Shown here: one piece after another, positions 25,627-35,063 of the stretch
Layout: each line of letters starts with the position of its first letter
How positions within the stretch are numbered: position 1 is the stretch's first letter
From: a virus
Taxonomy: Duplodnaviria; Caudoviricetes
Length of the DNA: 37,168 nt
IMG/VR virus record: IMGVR_UViG_3300035492_000143
Location: 1-37,168 of that record
Reading direction: 5' to 3' (one strand)
Notes under the pieces: model-generated
Databases searched by the model: none
What the model was told of the DNA's origin: nothing
Seen by the model: only the letters and a program-made list of their open reading frames with translations
Position numbers and translations under genes: made by a program

Positions 25627-26061
25627 TTAGGGTCCGGTCTTGATGGTGTAGCCATCTTCCTTGGCAACACCGCCGGTGACACGCAGGCTGATGGTGCCCT
25701 TGTAGTCCTGCTCGATACCGCCATCGTCAAACGGCCAGTTCTTCACGTATGCATTGAAGATGCGGGCACGTCCTGTCGGGAACAGCCAGACGATTGTTTT
25801 CTGAGTGGCGGCCAGATAAGCATCTTCCAGTTCGTTCTGACCGGGGTCGTCTTCTTCATGGAACAGCGCCAGCGATGCAGTGCCGTAACGGCGCACTTCG
25901 CCAATGCCGATCACTTCATCTTCATCAACCAGGGTTGTCTGATCGCGCTCGGTCCGCTCGCCGTTCAGGCCGCTGATGGATGTATGGCCAAGGATCTCGA
26001 TATCGGTATCACCGGCCGCATTGCGGATAAAAATCCGCGTGCCTTGCGTTGGTACAGGCAT
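25627..26061 (-). CDS. Major tail tube protein
   Basis: TQGT N-terminus, F.AYV motif and ..I.LRVTG C-terminus; canonical position. Confidence 0.8.
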   Translation of the reverse strand: MPVPTQGTRIFIRNAAGDTDIEILGHTSISGLNGERTERDQTTLVDEDEVIGIGEVRRYGTASLALFHEEDDPGQNELEDAYLAATQKTIVWLFPTGRARIFNAYVKNWPFDDGGIEQDYKGTISLRVTGGVAKEDGYTIKTGP

Positions 26062-26087
26062 AGCATCACCTCATGTTTTGCTGGGGG

Positions 26088-26444
26088 TTATTCGTAAATG
26101 GAGTAGTCGAGGGCGAAGCGGTACAGCTGTTTATCGCGCTCATGCAAGGGCATGATTGCCAGCAGGATGTGACCGGCCATCGTGTCGATGACGGCCTGCT
26201 GCAGCTCCTTGCACTGGGCGTAGGTTTTGCCCCATACGCTGATCGACCAGCGGTTGTGACTGTGACCGGTGAAGCCGCCGTGCAACGTGTTCAGGTGGCG
26301 GCCGCTGACGTACATGAAGGTGACGGCGGGCAGTTGTCGTCCTTCTGGCAGGTCGCCGTTGTCGACCCGATCACCCACCAAAGCGGTGATGGCCGGGCTG
26401 GTACTGAGGAGCTGGTACAGATCCTCTTCGCTCATGCCGTTCAT
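26088..26444 (-). CDS. Tail terminator (DUF3168-like)
   Basis: ALVGDRV...LP...ISVWGKTY pattern; synteny. Confidence 0.75.
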   Translation of the reverse strand: MNGMSEEDLYQLLSTSPAITALVGDRVDNGDLPEGRQLPAVTFMYVSGRHLNTLHGGFTGHSHNRWSISVWGKTYAQCKELQQAVIDTMAGHILLAIMPLHERDKQLYRFALDYSIYE

Positions 26445-26899
26445 GCTTTGCCTCGGTTGGCTTTGCGGACTGCGCGGGTGATGGCTTTTTCAAGTTCAGT
26501 GCCGAACAGGTCGAGCACACGGTCTACGTTCTGGTCGAGCGCTGGTCGAAGGAAGGGATCGGCCTGCTGCTTGCTGGTACCGAACTCCTGGGCAATCGCT
26601 TTCTGGTTAACACCGGCCAGCTCTCGCCCGCCTTCTGACTTGGGGGCCTTTTTCTTGGTCGGGCCAACATCGATGTCGATGGCGCGGTTTCCGCCCTTGC
26701 CCTTCCGGCTGCTGATGGTGATTGAGTCCTTCAGGTCACCGCTGTCACGGTTGGCGCCAATGGTTGCCGCGATCAGCACGGGCTCCATGGCTTTGCGGCC
26801 CGCGGTGCGCAGGGTTTTGACACCGGTTTCGGCACCCAGATCGAGCAGCGCTTTTTCGAGTTCGGCGAGGCCTTCAACTTCAAAGGTTTGGATGCTCAT
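26441..26899 (-). CDS. HK97 gp10 family tail component
   Basis: VEGLAELEKAL...EFGTSKQ.A.PFLRPALD. Confidence 0.9.
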   Translation of the reverse strand: MSIQTFEVEGLAELEKALLDLGAETGVKTLRTAGRKAMEPVLIAATIGANRDSGDLKDSITISSRKGKGGNRAIDIDVGPTKKKAPKSEGGRELAGVNQKAIAQEFGTSKQQADPFLRPALDQNVDRVLDLFGTELEKAITRAVRKANRGKA

Positions 26900-27231
26900 C
26901 AGCTGCTGTCCTCTTCACAGGTGATCACCAGCTCGCGGTTGCGGTTGTCCAGGTTGATCGGTGGACCAACGATTTCGAGGCGCATGTTGCCGAAGGCGAT
27001 GCGCATGTCGGGGGTTATGTCGTCGCGGTACCGGATAGTGACAGCCAGTGTGGCGGTGTTGGTCACATGCTGACTGGCCCAGCGCTCACGTCCGGTGATC
27101 GGTTTGACGTTGGCCCAGATGTCGACCAGCCCGGGTACCGGCTGCCAGTCGTCTGTTGGGTGGCCGTATTGGTCCTTGCTGCCTGCTTTACGCTCGAATG
27201 TCACCGGTGTGTTGAGCCGTCCTGAGCGCAT
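26899..27231 (-). CDS. Head closure / head-tail adaptor
   Basis: MRSGRL...WANVKPITGRE...IRYRDDITPDMRI. Confidence 0.9.
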   Translation of the reverse strand: MRSGRLNTPVTFERKAGSKDQYGHPTDDWQPVPGLVDIWANVKPITGRERWASQHVTNTATLAVTIRYRDDITPDMRIAFGNMRLEIVGPPINLDNRNRELVITCEEDSS

Positions 27232-27767
27232 CAGCCAATCCTCATGATTCGGTACGGATCCAGTAGCATGGAAACACCCATGGGCAGCTCACTGCTAATG
27301 GTGCCGATTACGACGGATTCGCGGTTTTCGTACAGGTGGCCGATCAGCAGCAGCAGACCGGCGCGTACGTCTGCGGGTGTTTCGGTCATGCCCACGGTGG
27401 CGGTAATGGTGACGCTTTCTGGCTCGTCAATGGTGGCCGGCCAGTCTGTGTCCCACTGGGGCATGAGCAACGGGTACAGCGCACGCGTTTCCAGCCGCAG
27501 CGGTGGTGTCTGCAGGGTCTGGGTGACGCCATCGGGGTCAACGTATTCAACGCTGTCGATGGACTGCACGGGTGTCCAGGGTAGTTCGATCGCGCCAGCC
27601 GTTGAGCCGAAACCATCCAGCACCAGCGTCCGAGTCTGCGTGTCGAAGACACGGCCGGTGCGGTTTTCCGCATGACGGTAGGCCGCTTCGATCAGTGCGG
27701 TGATCAGCGCATCTTCTGCTGAGTGCTGTACACGCAGGTGCGCTTTGGCTTCTTCGACTGTGATCAT
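27231..27767 (-). CDS. Head-tail connector (HK97 gp6-like)
   Basis: EEAKAHLRV...EDALI..LI.AA ... LLLIGHLYENRE...LLDPYR. Confidence 0.9.
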   Translation of the reverse strand: MITVEEAKAHLRVQHSAEDALITALIEAAYRHAENRTGRVFDTQTRTLVLDGFGSTAGAIELPWTPVQSIDSVEYVDPDGVTQTLQTPPLRLETRALYPLLMPQWDTDWPATIDEPESVTITATVGMTETPADVRAGLLLLIGHLYENRESVVIGTISSELPMGVSMLLDPYRIMRIG

Positions 27768-27770
27768 GGG

Positions 27771-28148
27771 TTACCACTTTTTCATGGGGCAGCGGGCCCG
27801 TTCGTAAATTGCGGGCTGTGACGAGATCGGGTCAAAACCTATGGTGGTTTTCTTGGCCAACGGGCAGCCGCAATCACCGCACCAGTGACCGCCTTTCCGA
27901 CGCGCCATGGCTGAGCCGATCCGGCGCTTGGCCTGGTCGATGAAGTTGCCGCCAGCACCCGGGCGCTGGTCTGCAGTGCGCAGGTGCTCGCAGGTTGCTT
28001 CCAGCCGGTGTTCGGTGCCGTTGGCATCAACCACAAACCCACAGATAGCACGGCGCAGCGCGATGACTTCGGCTTGGCCGATCTGGTGGGTTTCAATGAG
28101 GTCCAGCGCCTGCTCTTGGGTGAGGGGCGCTGGGTTTGTGTCAGCCAT
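27771..28148 (-). CDS. Hypothetical Cys-rich (zinc-finger-like) protein
   Basis: Start re-assigned to MADTNP (overlaps the previous stop); C, CEH, CGDCGC and CP.KKW motifs. Confidence 0.6.
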   Translation of the reverse strand: MADTNPAPLTQEQALDLIETHQIGQAEVIALRRAICGFVVDANGTEHRLEATCEHLRTADQRPGAGGNFIDQAKRRIGSAMARRKGGHWCGDCGCPLAKKTTIGFDPISSQPAIYERARCPMKKW

Positions 28149-28371
28149 TTTTACCGACCGGCTTGCTGGCTTTGGTGTCATCGCTGTCGTCACCGCCATC
28201 ATTGGTTGCATTCTGCTCCGGCAGCTTGCCGCCCTTGGTGGCCACCTTGAGTTGTTCGATGGCGACTTCGGCACAACGATCACTGACTTCGTGCACGCCC
28301 TTGCCGTACTCAATGACGTGGTTGCCGCCCTCAGCGAATTTGAAAGGCTCTTTCACGGTGATAATCGGCAT
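28141..28371 (-). CDS. Small head-associated protein
   Basis: Directly after the capsid gene; GAGGA RBS; low-complexity C-terminus. Confidence 0.7.
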   Translation of the reverse strand: MPIITVKEPFKFAEGGNHVIEYGKGVHEVSDRCAEVAIEQLKVATKGGKLPEQNATNDGGDDSDDTKASKPVGKNG

Positions 28372-28418
28372 TGTTCAGTCCTCAGATAATGCCGGGGCTT
28401 TCACCCCGGCAGCTGCAT

Positions 28419-29621
28419 TTACACGCTCAGGGTGAGCACCTTGATGGCGTTGGAGTCTGTCAACATGCCGCCCACACGCTTGGTGGTGTAGAAGCCAACG
28501 TTCGGCTTGTTGGTGTACGGGTCACGCAGGACACGCACGCCAACACGGTCAACAATGGTGTAACCGCGGTTGAAGTCACCGAACAGCACCGCATTGGCGT
28601 CTGCTGCCACGGCCGGTACGTCCTCGTTCTCGGCAATGCCGAAGCCCAGCAGCGTAGACGGCTGACCTACCTGCAGGCCCGGCTGCCAGATGTAGTTGTT
28701 GTTGCCGTCCTTCAGGGTGCGGATCTTGGCAACGGTCAACTGAGGCATCATGAAGCGTGCGCCCTGACGGTAGCCTGCCTTGAGGCTGTAGATCAGGTTG
28801 ATCAGGTCGTCGGCATCGAAGTCACCGGCGGTGCCTGAGTGCAGCTTCTGCAGCTGGCCGAAGGCGCGGGTGGCATCGTTGGTGGTGGCCAGGGTATAGG
28901 CCAGAATGCCCTTCGGCTTGTTGGTGCCGTCACCGGTCATGAAGGCTGCAGCTTCTTTCTCGGCGAACTCGCGGCTCACTTCAGCGGTCAGCCAGGCTTC
29001 AGCATCGAAGAACATGTCATCAAGGCTGGTCTGGGTGGCCTGAGGGTTGGCGTAGATTTCACCCATGTGGGCAACGATCTGCGCCAGTGTCGGGGTTCCG
29101 GTTGCAGTTCGCGCATCGGTTTCACCGACCCAGCCAGATGCAGCGCCACCCAGATTCACCAGCTGCTTGTAGTCAGTGGTGGAAACGGAGATCTGGCGGC
29201 AGACCTGGCGCATCGGGGAGATGTCGCGCTCTACTTCCAGGATGGTGCGGTCCAGTTCTTCTGGAACGGCAAAGCCACCATCGGCATCCACTCCAACAGA
29301 CAGCGCTTTCTGTTCCAGGTCGCGCAGACCGTCTTCGTGACCTTTGCGCAGGAACTTGCTGAATGCGGTTTTGTGCTCACCCTTGAGCTTATCGCCACCG
29401 GTTGCACCCGGGCGCTTCAGCCCTGCCAGCTCGTCCTCGAGCTGCTTCTTGTAGGTGTCCAGGTCGGTCAGCTTTTCGTTGAGGCTTTCAACGGTTCCGG
29501 CCAGTGCGGCCTTTTCGGATTCAATCGCCTCAAGACGCTTATCGTTCTTGGACTTGAACTCTTCGAAGCGGCCGCCGAGTTCTTCAGCAACCTGCTGTAC
29601 GTCTTTCAGTTCAATAGCCAT
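28419..29621 (-). CDS. Major capsid protein, HK97 family
   Basis: Coiled-coil delta domain, GGFAVPEEL, WVGE, GDGTNKPKG, FGDF, LRDPYT. Confidence 0.96.
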   Translation of the reverse strand: MAIELKDVQQVAEELGGRFEEFKSKNDKRLEAIESEKAALAGTVESLNEKLTDLDTYKKQLEDELAGLKRPGATGGDKLKGEHKTAFSKFLRKGHEDGLRDLEQKALSVGVDADGGFAVPEELDRTILEVERDISPMRQVCRQISVSTTDYKQLVNLGGAASGWVGETDARTATGTPTLAQIVAHMGEIYANPQATQTSLDDMFFDAEAWLTAEVSREFAEKEAAAFMTGDGTNKPKGILAYTLATTNDATRAFGQLQKLHSGTAGDFDADDLINLIYSLKAGYRQGARFMMPQLTVAKIRTLKDGNNNYIWQPGLQVGQPSTLLGFGIAENEDVPAVAADANAVLFGDFNRGYTIVDRVGVRVLRDPYTNKPNVGFYTTKRVGGMLTDSNAIKVLTLSV

Positions 29622-29639
29622 GGTAAATACCTCGTTCGC

Positions 29640-30293
29640 TTAGATGCGGGTTAACAGTGATTTAAGGGATTGCAGTGCTGTTGCTTGCTCCGCATCTCGC
29701 GGTGCGATGGCGCCGTAGCCTTTGGCCATGAAGGCCTGGGCTTGCGCCTTGCTGAACCCTACCTCTCGCAGGGCGCGTTCAACGTCCGATGGACGCGGCA
29801 TCTCGCCACGGTCCAATGCACTTTTGACGTTGGAAATTCGGGCTTCGTCGTTGGCAGGAAAGGTCACCAGCGAAACTTCCCAGAGGTCGATCTCTTTCAG
29901 CAGCCAGGCTTCTTTCTCGCGGTCGTATTCCCAGTCGTTCAGCACGTAGCCGATCGACATGCCGCTGAGGCTGCCAGCCTTCATGTGGGCATGGGCACGC
30001 TTGGCCAGGGGGTCGTCATCGATCAGCAGCTGGCCTTTCACGTATAGGCCCACGTCGTCTTCACGCATTTCGGTATAGACGCCGATCGGTTCCTGCATGT
30101 TGTGCTGCCAAAGCAGTGCGGGCAGACGGCCCTTTTCCTGCCATCGATCAAGACTGGCCTTGAAAGCGCCAGCCACGACAATGTCATCGTATGAGTCTTT
30201 GTTGCCGAAGATGGAGCCGTAGCCTTCAAACTCGCCCTTTTCGTTGACGGACTTGATGGTCAGCGGCACATCAAGGCGTTTGGTTGTCAGCAT
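29640..30293 (-). CDS. HK97 family prohead protease
   Basis: FEGYGSIFG, LLWQH, GMSIGY, LWEVSLVTFPAN. Confidence 0.96.
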   Translation of the reverse strand: MLTTKRLDVPLTIKSVNEKGEFEGYGSIFGNKDSYDDIVVAGAFKASLDRWQEKGRLPALLWQHNMQEPIGVYTEMREDDVGLYVKGQLLIDDDPLAKRAHAHMKAGSLSGMSIGYVLNDWEYDREKEAWLLKEIDLWEVSLVTFPANDEARISNVKSALDRGEMPRPSDVERALREVGFSKAQAQAFMAKGYGAIAPRDAEQATALQSLKSLLTRI

Positions 30294-31488
30294 CGCTGGC
30301 CTCCGGTCGTGTTGTCATGTTGACGGGCGTCAGGTAGATGTCACCACCGTCACGCGGGTTAAGGTCTTCCAGATCGCGGCATTCGTTCGGGCTGAGGATG
30401 CCCCAGTTGATACCCTGGCCGTAGGATTCAAAGCGGCTCTTCTGGTCGCCACGCAACAGTGCGCCTGCATTGAATTTGGCGTAGTGGGTTGCTCGATCCT
30501 GCTTGCTGAGTAGCCCTACCCGGATGCGGTTCTCGATGCGGGTCAGGTATGGCACCAGCGAGTAGTTCACAAAACTCATGGCTTGGTGTTCGATGTTGCT
30601 GAAGGTGGCACGTTCGAGGTTGGCCACCATGTGCGGTGGCACTCGGTAGATCGCGCAGATTTCGTCACGCTGGAACTTGCGCGTTTCAAGGAACTGGCTG
30701 TCTTGCTGATCGAGCGCAACCGGTTTCCAGTCCAGCCCCATCTCAAGAATCATGGGCTTGTGGGCGTTGGTCAGGCCTGCATGGTCTTCCTGGAACTGCT
30801 TCTGCAGGCGCTTGAATGCGTCATCACTCAAGCGCTGTTCGGTGTGCAGTACGCCGCTGGTGACTGCCCCGTTCTTGAACAGGCGTGCGCCGTGCTCTTC
30901 GGTAGCCAGGCCCAGGGCGATTGCCTGCCGTGCATAGGCGACTGGATTCAGTCCGGTCAGGCCGTCGAGTGTCAGGGTGCGAACGTGCCATATCTCATCC
31001 TGTGTTAGTACGTCTTTGGTGCCGTTGCGAAAGGTCACTTCGTATACGATTGACCAGTCATCGAGAATCTTGGGTTTGACCGCACCCGGGTCGATCGGCA
31101 ACAGCTCTTTGACCTTGCCCATCACCACGACCTTGTAGGCGTAGAAGTTGCCACGCAGTCCAAGGCAGGCAATGACCAGTTCCCAGAACTCCTGAGCCGT
31201 CATGTAGTTGTTCGGCGCCAGTGACAGCAGCTCATACAGAGGATGGCTGGTGGCTGCCTGTCGGGTGTTGCCCTGCTCGGTCATCAGCTTGCATGGCAGC
31301 ATGCCGACAGACTCGGACAGCACGCGGATACAAGCGAACACGGTCACCAGCTGCATGGCGGTCTTCGCTGTGACTTGCCGGCCGGTAAAGGTTTCGGCAC
31401 TGACGCCCAGATAGGCAGCCAGCTTTTCGGGGGTGTCGATCGCATCAGGCGATGCCTTACGTCCGAAAATCTTGGAGATGATGCCCAT
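30271..31488 (-). CDS. HK97 family portal protein
   Basis: VFACIRVLSESVGMLP, GN.YA, QFLETRKFQ..EIC..YRVPP, NE.R..EDL.P. Confidence 0.96.
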   Translation of the reverse strand: MGIISKIFGRKASPDAIDTPEKLAAYLGVSAETFTGRQVTAKTAMQLVTVFACIRVLSESVGMLPCKLMTEQGNTRQAATSHPLYELLSLAPNNYMTAQEFWELVIACLGLRGNFYAYKVVVMGKVKELLPIDPGAVKPKILDDWSIVYEVTFRNGTKDVLTQDEIWHVRTLTLDGLTGLNPVAYARQAIALGLATEEHGARLFKNGAVTSGVLHTEQRLSDDAFKRLQKQFQEDHAGLTNAHKPMILEMGLDWKPVALDQQDSQFLETRKFQRDEICAIYRVPPHMVANLERATFSNIEHQAMSFVNYSLVPYLTRIENRIRVGLLSKQDRATHYAKFNAGALLRGDQKSRFESYGQGINWGILSPNECRDLEDLNPRDGGDIYLTPVNMTTRPEASDADNQTP

Positions 31489-33200
31489 CAAAGCGTCCTG
31501 ATTCCGTACTGTTCAAGGTGGTCGGAGAGGGTTTCGTCTCCGGGTGCGTCTGCGTTCATGGCCCGACCCAGCGCCATGAGGATGGCGATGATGCCGTCGA
31601 TCTTGTTCTCGTTGCGCTCTTTGCGCGGGTAGATATTGTCCTTGGCGTCTGACTTGGCCGTGACGTTGCTGGCCATCCAGGTCAGTACCGGGTCTTCCGA
31701 GTGAATGAAGCGCTTGCCGGTGATTGCTGCTTCCATCTCTCGCATGGGCGGGCTCATGTTCTGGACGGTGTTGCGATATTCCACGATCTCGGCGCCGTCT
31801 TTCATCAGCTGGTGGGCCAGCTGGGTGGCGCGCCAGGGGTCGTAGGCGATTTCGTTAATCTGGAACAGCGCGGCCAGGTCGCGGATCTCTTCGCGTATCT
31901 GGTCGAAGTCGATCTCTTCTCCGTCTGTGACGACCAGGTGGCCGGCGTTTTGCCAAGCCTCATAAGCAGCGCGATTGTTCCCAGCACGCTCGATTGCGCC
32001 TTCTGGCAGGTAGTTGCGAGTGAACGTGGTCCAGCGATCGCGGCCGTTTTCGTCTTTGTCTCTGAACAGCAGCGCGATGCTGGCAATGTCCGTCTTGCTG
32101 GCCAAGTCGACACCCAGCCAGCAATCACGGCCTTCCATCTGGTCGAGCGTGAGCTCCGGATTTCCGCAGGCATGCCAGTCGGCCATGTTGAGCCAGGCGG
32201 TGCGGGCCGATACCCATACATTCAGGTGCTTGGTCAGAAAGGCGTTGGTCCGGCTTGGGTACCGGATGGCGTCGCGCTGCTGCTTGAGCAGGAACTCTTC
32301 GCTGACCGATACGCCGAAGTTCGGGTTAGCCTTGCGCAGGGTGGCCGGGTCTTGCCAGTCATCCTCTGCATCGATGGTGTAAATGATGGCGAACAACTCA
32401 TCGTTCGGCATGACATCGTCCAGCATTTGCTGGGCCTGGCGGCGCTTGTCGTAACAGGGACCGGCGAGGTTGAAGCCTGCTGTCGTGATGATGAACATCA
32501 GGCCCTGCTCACGCGAGCCCATCCCCGTCATCATCGTCTCGTAGAGATCAGGGCTGTCGTGTTCGTGGTACTCATCAACCAACGCGCAGCTGGGAGAGCT
32601 ACCGTCGCCGGGGTTACCGATCAGCGGTTCAAACCGACTGCCATCAGCGGGCATGCTGATGTTTTTGGCCATGATCTCGATGCCGGCGGCGTTTTTCAGC
32701 GCCGGTGTTTTTTCAAGCATGAGCTTGGCCGGGCGGAACACCTCCCATGCCTGCTTCTCTGTGGTCGCGCCGCAGTAGACCTCGGCACCGTATTCGCCAT
32801 CGGCGCACAACATGTAGATACCCACGCCAGCGGCAATCACTGACTTGCCGTTTTTTCGCGGGATCTCGCAGTAAGCTTCAGAGAAACGGCGCAGGCCGTC
32901 TTTCTTCTTCACCCATCCAAAGACGCAGCAGAATATGAACTTCTGCCAGGGCTCCAGCTCGATCAGCTTGCGTTCTCGTGCCCACTGGCCCTTTGTGTGG
33001 GGCAGCAGCTGAACGAATACGCAGGCCTTCTCGGCTTGATCCTTATCGAATGTGAAACGATAACTGCGCTTCTTTGATGCCTTCAGGTCATCGATGTGGC
33101 GCTTACACGCCTGCCGCACCTCCTTGCATGCAGCAATGCGGCCAGCAACGATGTCCCGCGCGTACTTGTTCGCGGCATTGACGTTCGGATAACTGGCCAT
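31488..33200 (-). CDS. terL: Terminase large subunit
   Basis: LEPWQ, PRKNGKS, VDEYH, ITTAG, GVDLAS, YDPW, KIDG. Confidence 0.96.
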   Translation of the reverse strand: MASYPNVNAANKYARDIVAGRIAACKEVRQACKRHIDDLKASKKRSYRFTFDKDQAEKACVFVQLLPHTKGQWARERKLIELEPWQKFIFCCVFGWVKKKDGLRRFSEAYCEIPRKNGKSVIAAGVGIYMLCADGEYGAEVYCGATTEKQAWEVFRPAKLMLEKTPALKNAAGIEIMAKNISMPADGSRFEPLIGNPGDGSSPSCALVDEYHEHDSPDLYETMMTGMGSREQGLMFIITTAGFNLAGPCYDKRRQAQQMLDDVMPNDELFAIIYTIDAEDDWQDPATLRKANPNFGVSVSEEFLLKQQRDAIRYPSRTNAFLTKHLNVWVSARTAWLNMADWHACGNPELTLDQMEGRDCWLGVDLASKTDIASIALLFRDKDENGRDRWTTFTRNYLPEGAIERAGNNRAAYEAWQNAGHLVVTDGEEIDFDQIREEIRDLAALFQINEIAYDPWRATQLAHQLMKDGAEIVEYRNTVQNMSPPMREMEAAITGKRFIHSEDPVLTWMASNVTAKSDAKDNIYPRKERNENKIDGIIAILMALGRAMNADAPGDETLSDHLEQYGIRTL

Positions 33201-33209
33201 TGAGTCTCA

Positions 33210-33707
33210 TCACTTCCCGCCCCGCTTCTTGCCGAGCAGTTCGGCGAATGGGTTGCCCGCTTCTTCACCGCCAGGCGCTGCCAGTCGGGAGCGGCTTGCC
33301 GGATCCAGTCCAAGGGCTGAACCAAACACAACCATCTGACGGTTCGCTTCGTTGATCACGGTGAGAGCTGGGTTCTTGTAAAGGGCACCGGTGTTCGGGT
33401 TTTCGAGCACGGCGCCGTTGGTGGTTACGTGGTCCTGAGCATCGCGCCAGCGTGCATAAGCCATACAGAATGCTTCGAGGTTATGCAGATCCTGATCGGT
33501 CAGAATCTGGGCACCGACCAACCAAGCCGCGGCGTTATCCCAAACGGCTACCGCACGTTCGTGCATCCATTCGGGCGCTGGCGGCGCAGCGTTCAGGGAT
33601 TCTGCTTGCGGCTCACTGTCATTCACTTTGCGCTTGCCCGGGTTGCCCTGTAGCAGCTTCAGCCGGGTCGGCTTGGGCTTGCGACCACTGCGCGAAGTAC
33701 CTGCCAT
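33210..33707 (-). CDS. terS: Terminase small subunit, P27 family
   Basis: GRKPKPT.LK.L.GNPGKR...KNPA...LGLDPASRSR; GGAGG RBS. Confidence 0.93.
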   Translation of the reverse strand: MAGTSRSGRKPKPTRLKLLQGNPGKRKVNDSEPQAESLNAAPPAPEWMHERAVAVWDNAAAWLVGAQILTDQDLHNLEAFCMAYARWRDAQDHVTTNGAVLENPNTGALYKNPALTVINEANRQMVVFGSALGLDPASRSRLAAPGGEEAGNPFAELLGKKRGGK

Positions 33708-33744
33708 GTCACCCTCCAATCGCGCCGGTATCGATTTTCATATT

Positions 33745-33815
33745 TCGCGGCTGTAAAAAAATGACTTCGGCGGCGGTGTCCGAGCACTTTTCCTGCAGAG
33801 ATTCACACCCCCCTA
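33745..33815 (-). other. Probable cos region
   Basis: Between HNH and terS; minus strand reads GGGGGTG..TCTCTG...ACCGCCGCCG..TTTTTTTACAGCCGCGAAAT, the layout usual for HK97/P27-like 3'-cos phages. The exact cut site is not determinable. Confidence 0.6.
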
Positions 33816-34166
33816 CCCCTGCTGCGCTCGCTTCGCCTCAGCCTGCGTCTTCACGTCATGGCAGGCCTTGCAGATCGCCTGCAGGTTGCTGTCCGCGTCC
33901 GTACCGCCCTCAGCCACTGGAGTAATGTGGTCTACCTGAGTAGCCGGGCTGATCCTGTTCTGTTTCAGACACGGCTGACAGAGACCCTTGTCACGCTGCA
34001 GCACATGATCGCGCTTGCGCCGCCAGGGTCGGCCACCACGGCCCGATCCCTTGCGGGTTCCCCACGGCTTGTGCAGATGAGCGTGATCCTCACAGTATCC
34101 ATGTGCAGCCGTTGTCTTACGGCCACAGGCTGGTGCCCGGCATGGACGCGGCGGTTTACTTGGCAT
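33813..34166 (-). CDS. HNH endonuclease (terminase-associated)
   Basis: RD..LCQPC...VDHI.P...GG.D...NLQ.IC..CH..KT. Confidence 0.93.
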   Translation of the reverse strand: MPSKPPRPCRAPACGRKTTAAHGYCEDHAHLHKPWGTRKGSGRGGRPWRRKRDHVLQRDKGLCQPCLKQNRISPATQVDHITPVAEGGTDADSNLQAICKACHDVKTQAEAKRAQQG

Positions 34167-34241
34167 ACAGGTTCAGCCAGGCGAGAGCGATGCGAGCATT
34201 GGCACGGGCACTCGCTTCATACATTCGATAGATATGCCAGA

Positions 34242-34475
34242 TCACTTTTCAACCTCCTCGGTCGCTTCATCAGACCACCGCCTGACGCTGATCCGGTCCG
34301 CATTGCACTGCTGGATGATCAGCTCACACTGCGCCATATAATCGCCGTACGTGCCGTTCAGGGCTGGCGGTGTGAACGTATCAGTCCACACCTGCGGCAC
34401 CGGCTCCCTCAGATAACGGGGGGCTGGTTCGGTACTGGCGCACCCGCTCAGCAGTATTAGGACTGATGCGAGCAT
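34242..34475 (-). CDS. Outer-membrane spanin (Rz1-like lipoprotein)
   Basis: Lipobox LSGC, Pro-rich region and CNAD; overlaps the 3' end of the i-spanin. Confidence 0.75.
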   Translation of the reverse strand: MLASVLILLSGCASTEPAPRYLREPVPQVWTDTFTPPALNGTYGDYMAQCELIIQQCNADRISVRRWSDEATEEVEK

Positions 34476-34755
34476 CAAGACAGGGGTCTGCACCCGAGAG
34501 AGCGCGCAGCTGATCAGCCAGTTCATTTGCGCGGCGGCTGGCGTCTTCACGCTGACGGGCTGTTTCTGCCAGCATGCGGTCAGTCTGCTCATAGCGTGCG
34601 CGCTCCTCGCGGATGGTCTGGCTCAGGGAAATGATGGCCTGTTCTGACTGGCGAGCCTCTGCTTTCAGTTCACCGATGGTCATCAGTGACCAGATCAAAC
34701 CAGATACCACCGCCACTCCGCCCAGCAGCAGGAATATGCGGGCCTGGGTAATCAT
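34381..34755 (-). CDS. Inner-membrane spanin (Rz-like)
   Basis: N-terminal TM helix, coiled coil and a single C-terminal Cys (DPCLD). Confidence 0.75.
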   Translation of the reverse strand: MITQARIFLLLGGVAVVSGLIWSLMTIGELKAEARQSEQAIISLSQTIREERARYEQTDRMLAETARQREDASRRANELADQLRALSGADPCLDARISPNTAERVRQYRTSPPLSEGAGAAGVD

Positions 34756-35063
34756 CGAACGCCCATCTTGCGCTTGAACGAGTCTTCCATCAGCGCGATT
34801 GCCCGGCTACCCATATGCCCACTCACGCCAACAAATGCCGCAGTCAGCAGACCAGGGAAGCCAGCCAGCTCGCACAACCAGAAAGTCAGCACTCCGGTGA
34901 AGCCTGAAATAACAATCTCGCCGATCAGCTCCATTATCGAGAACTTCTCAGCCGTGCCTGATCTCACTCGCCGGATATAGCTTGCGATACCGCCCCATGC
35001 AGCCAAAACCATCACCCACAGATATGTCAGCAGCTGGTAACTGGTCGGATCCTTTTCTGGCAT
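34752..35063 (-). CDS. Holin
   Basis: MPEKDP N-terminus, three TM segments, GHMGSRAI; lysis cassette position. Confidence 0.85.
   Translation of the reverse strand: MPEKDPTSYQLLTYLWVMVLAAWGGIASYIRRVRSGTAEKFSIMELIGEIVISGFTGVLTFWLCELAGFPGLLTAAFVGVSGHMGSRAIALMEDSFKRKMGVR

Noticed and set aside
28391-28410. Hairpins after the capsid (28391-28410) and major tail (25604-25624) genes as terminators
   Set aside because: The stems lack U-tracts; they are more likely ordinary mRNA-stabilising or attenuating hairpins.
2225-34460. Numerous long antisense or alternate-frame ORFs (e.g. 2225-3202, 20543-21475, 28839-29654, 31701-32843)
   Set aside because: These are shadow ORFs opposite well-supported genes in GC-rich DNA, with no RBS or recognisable motifs.
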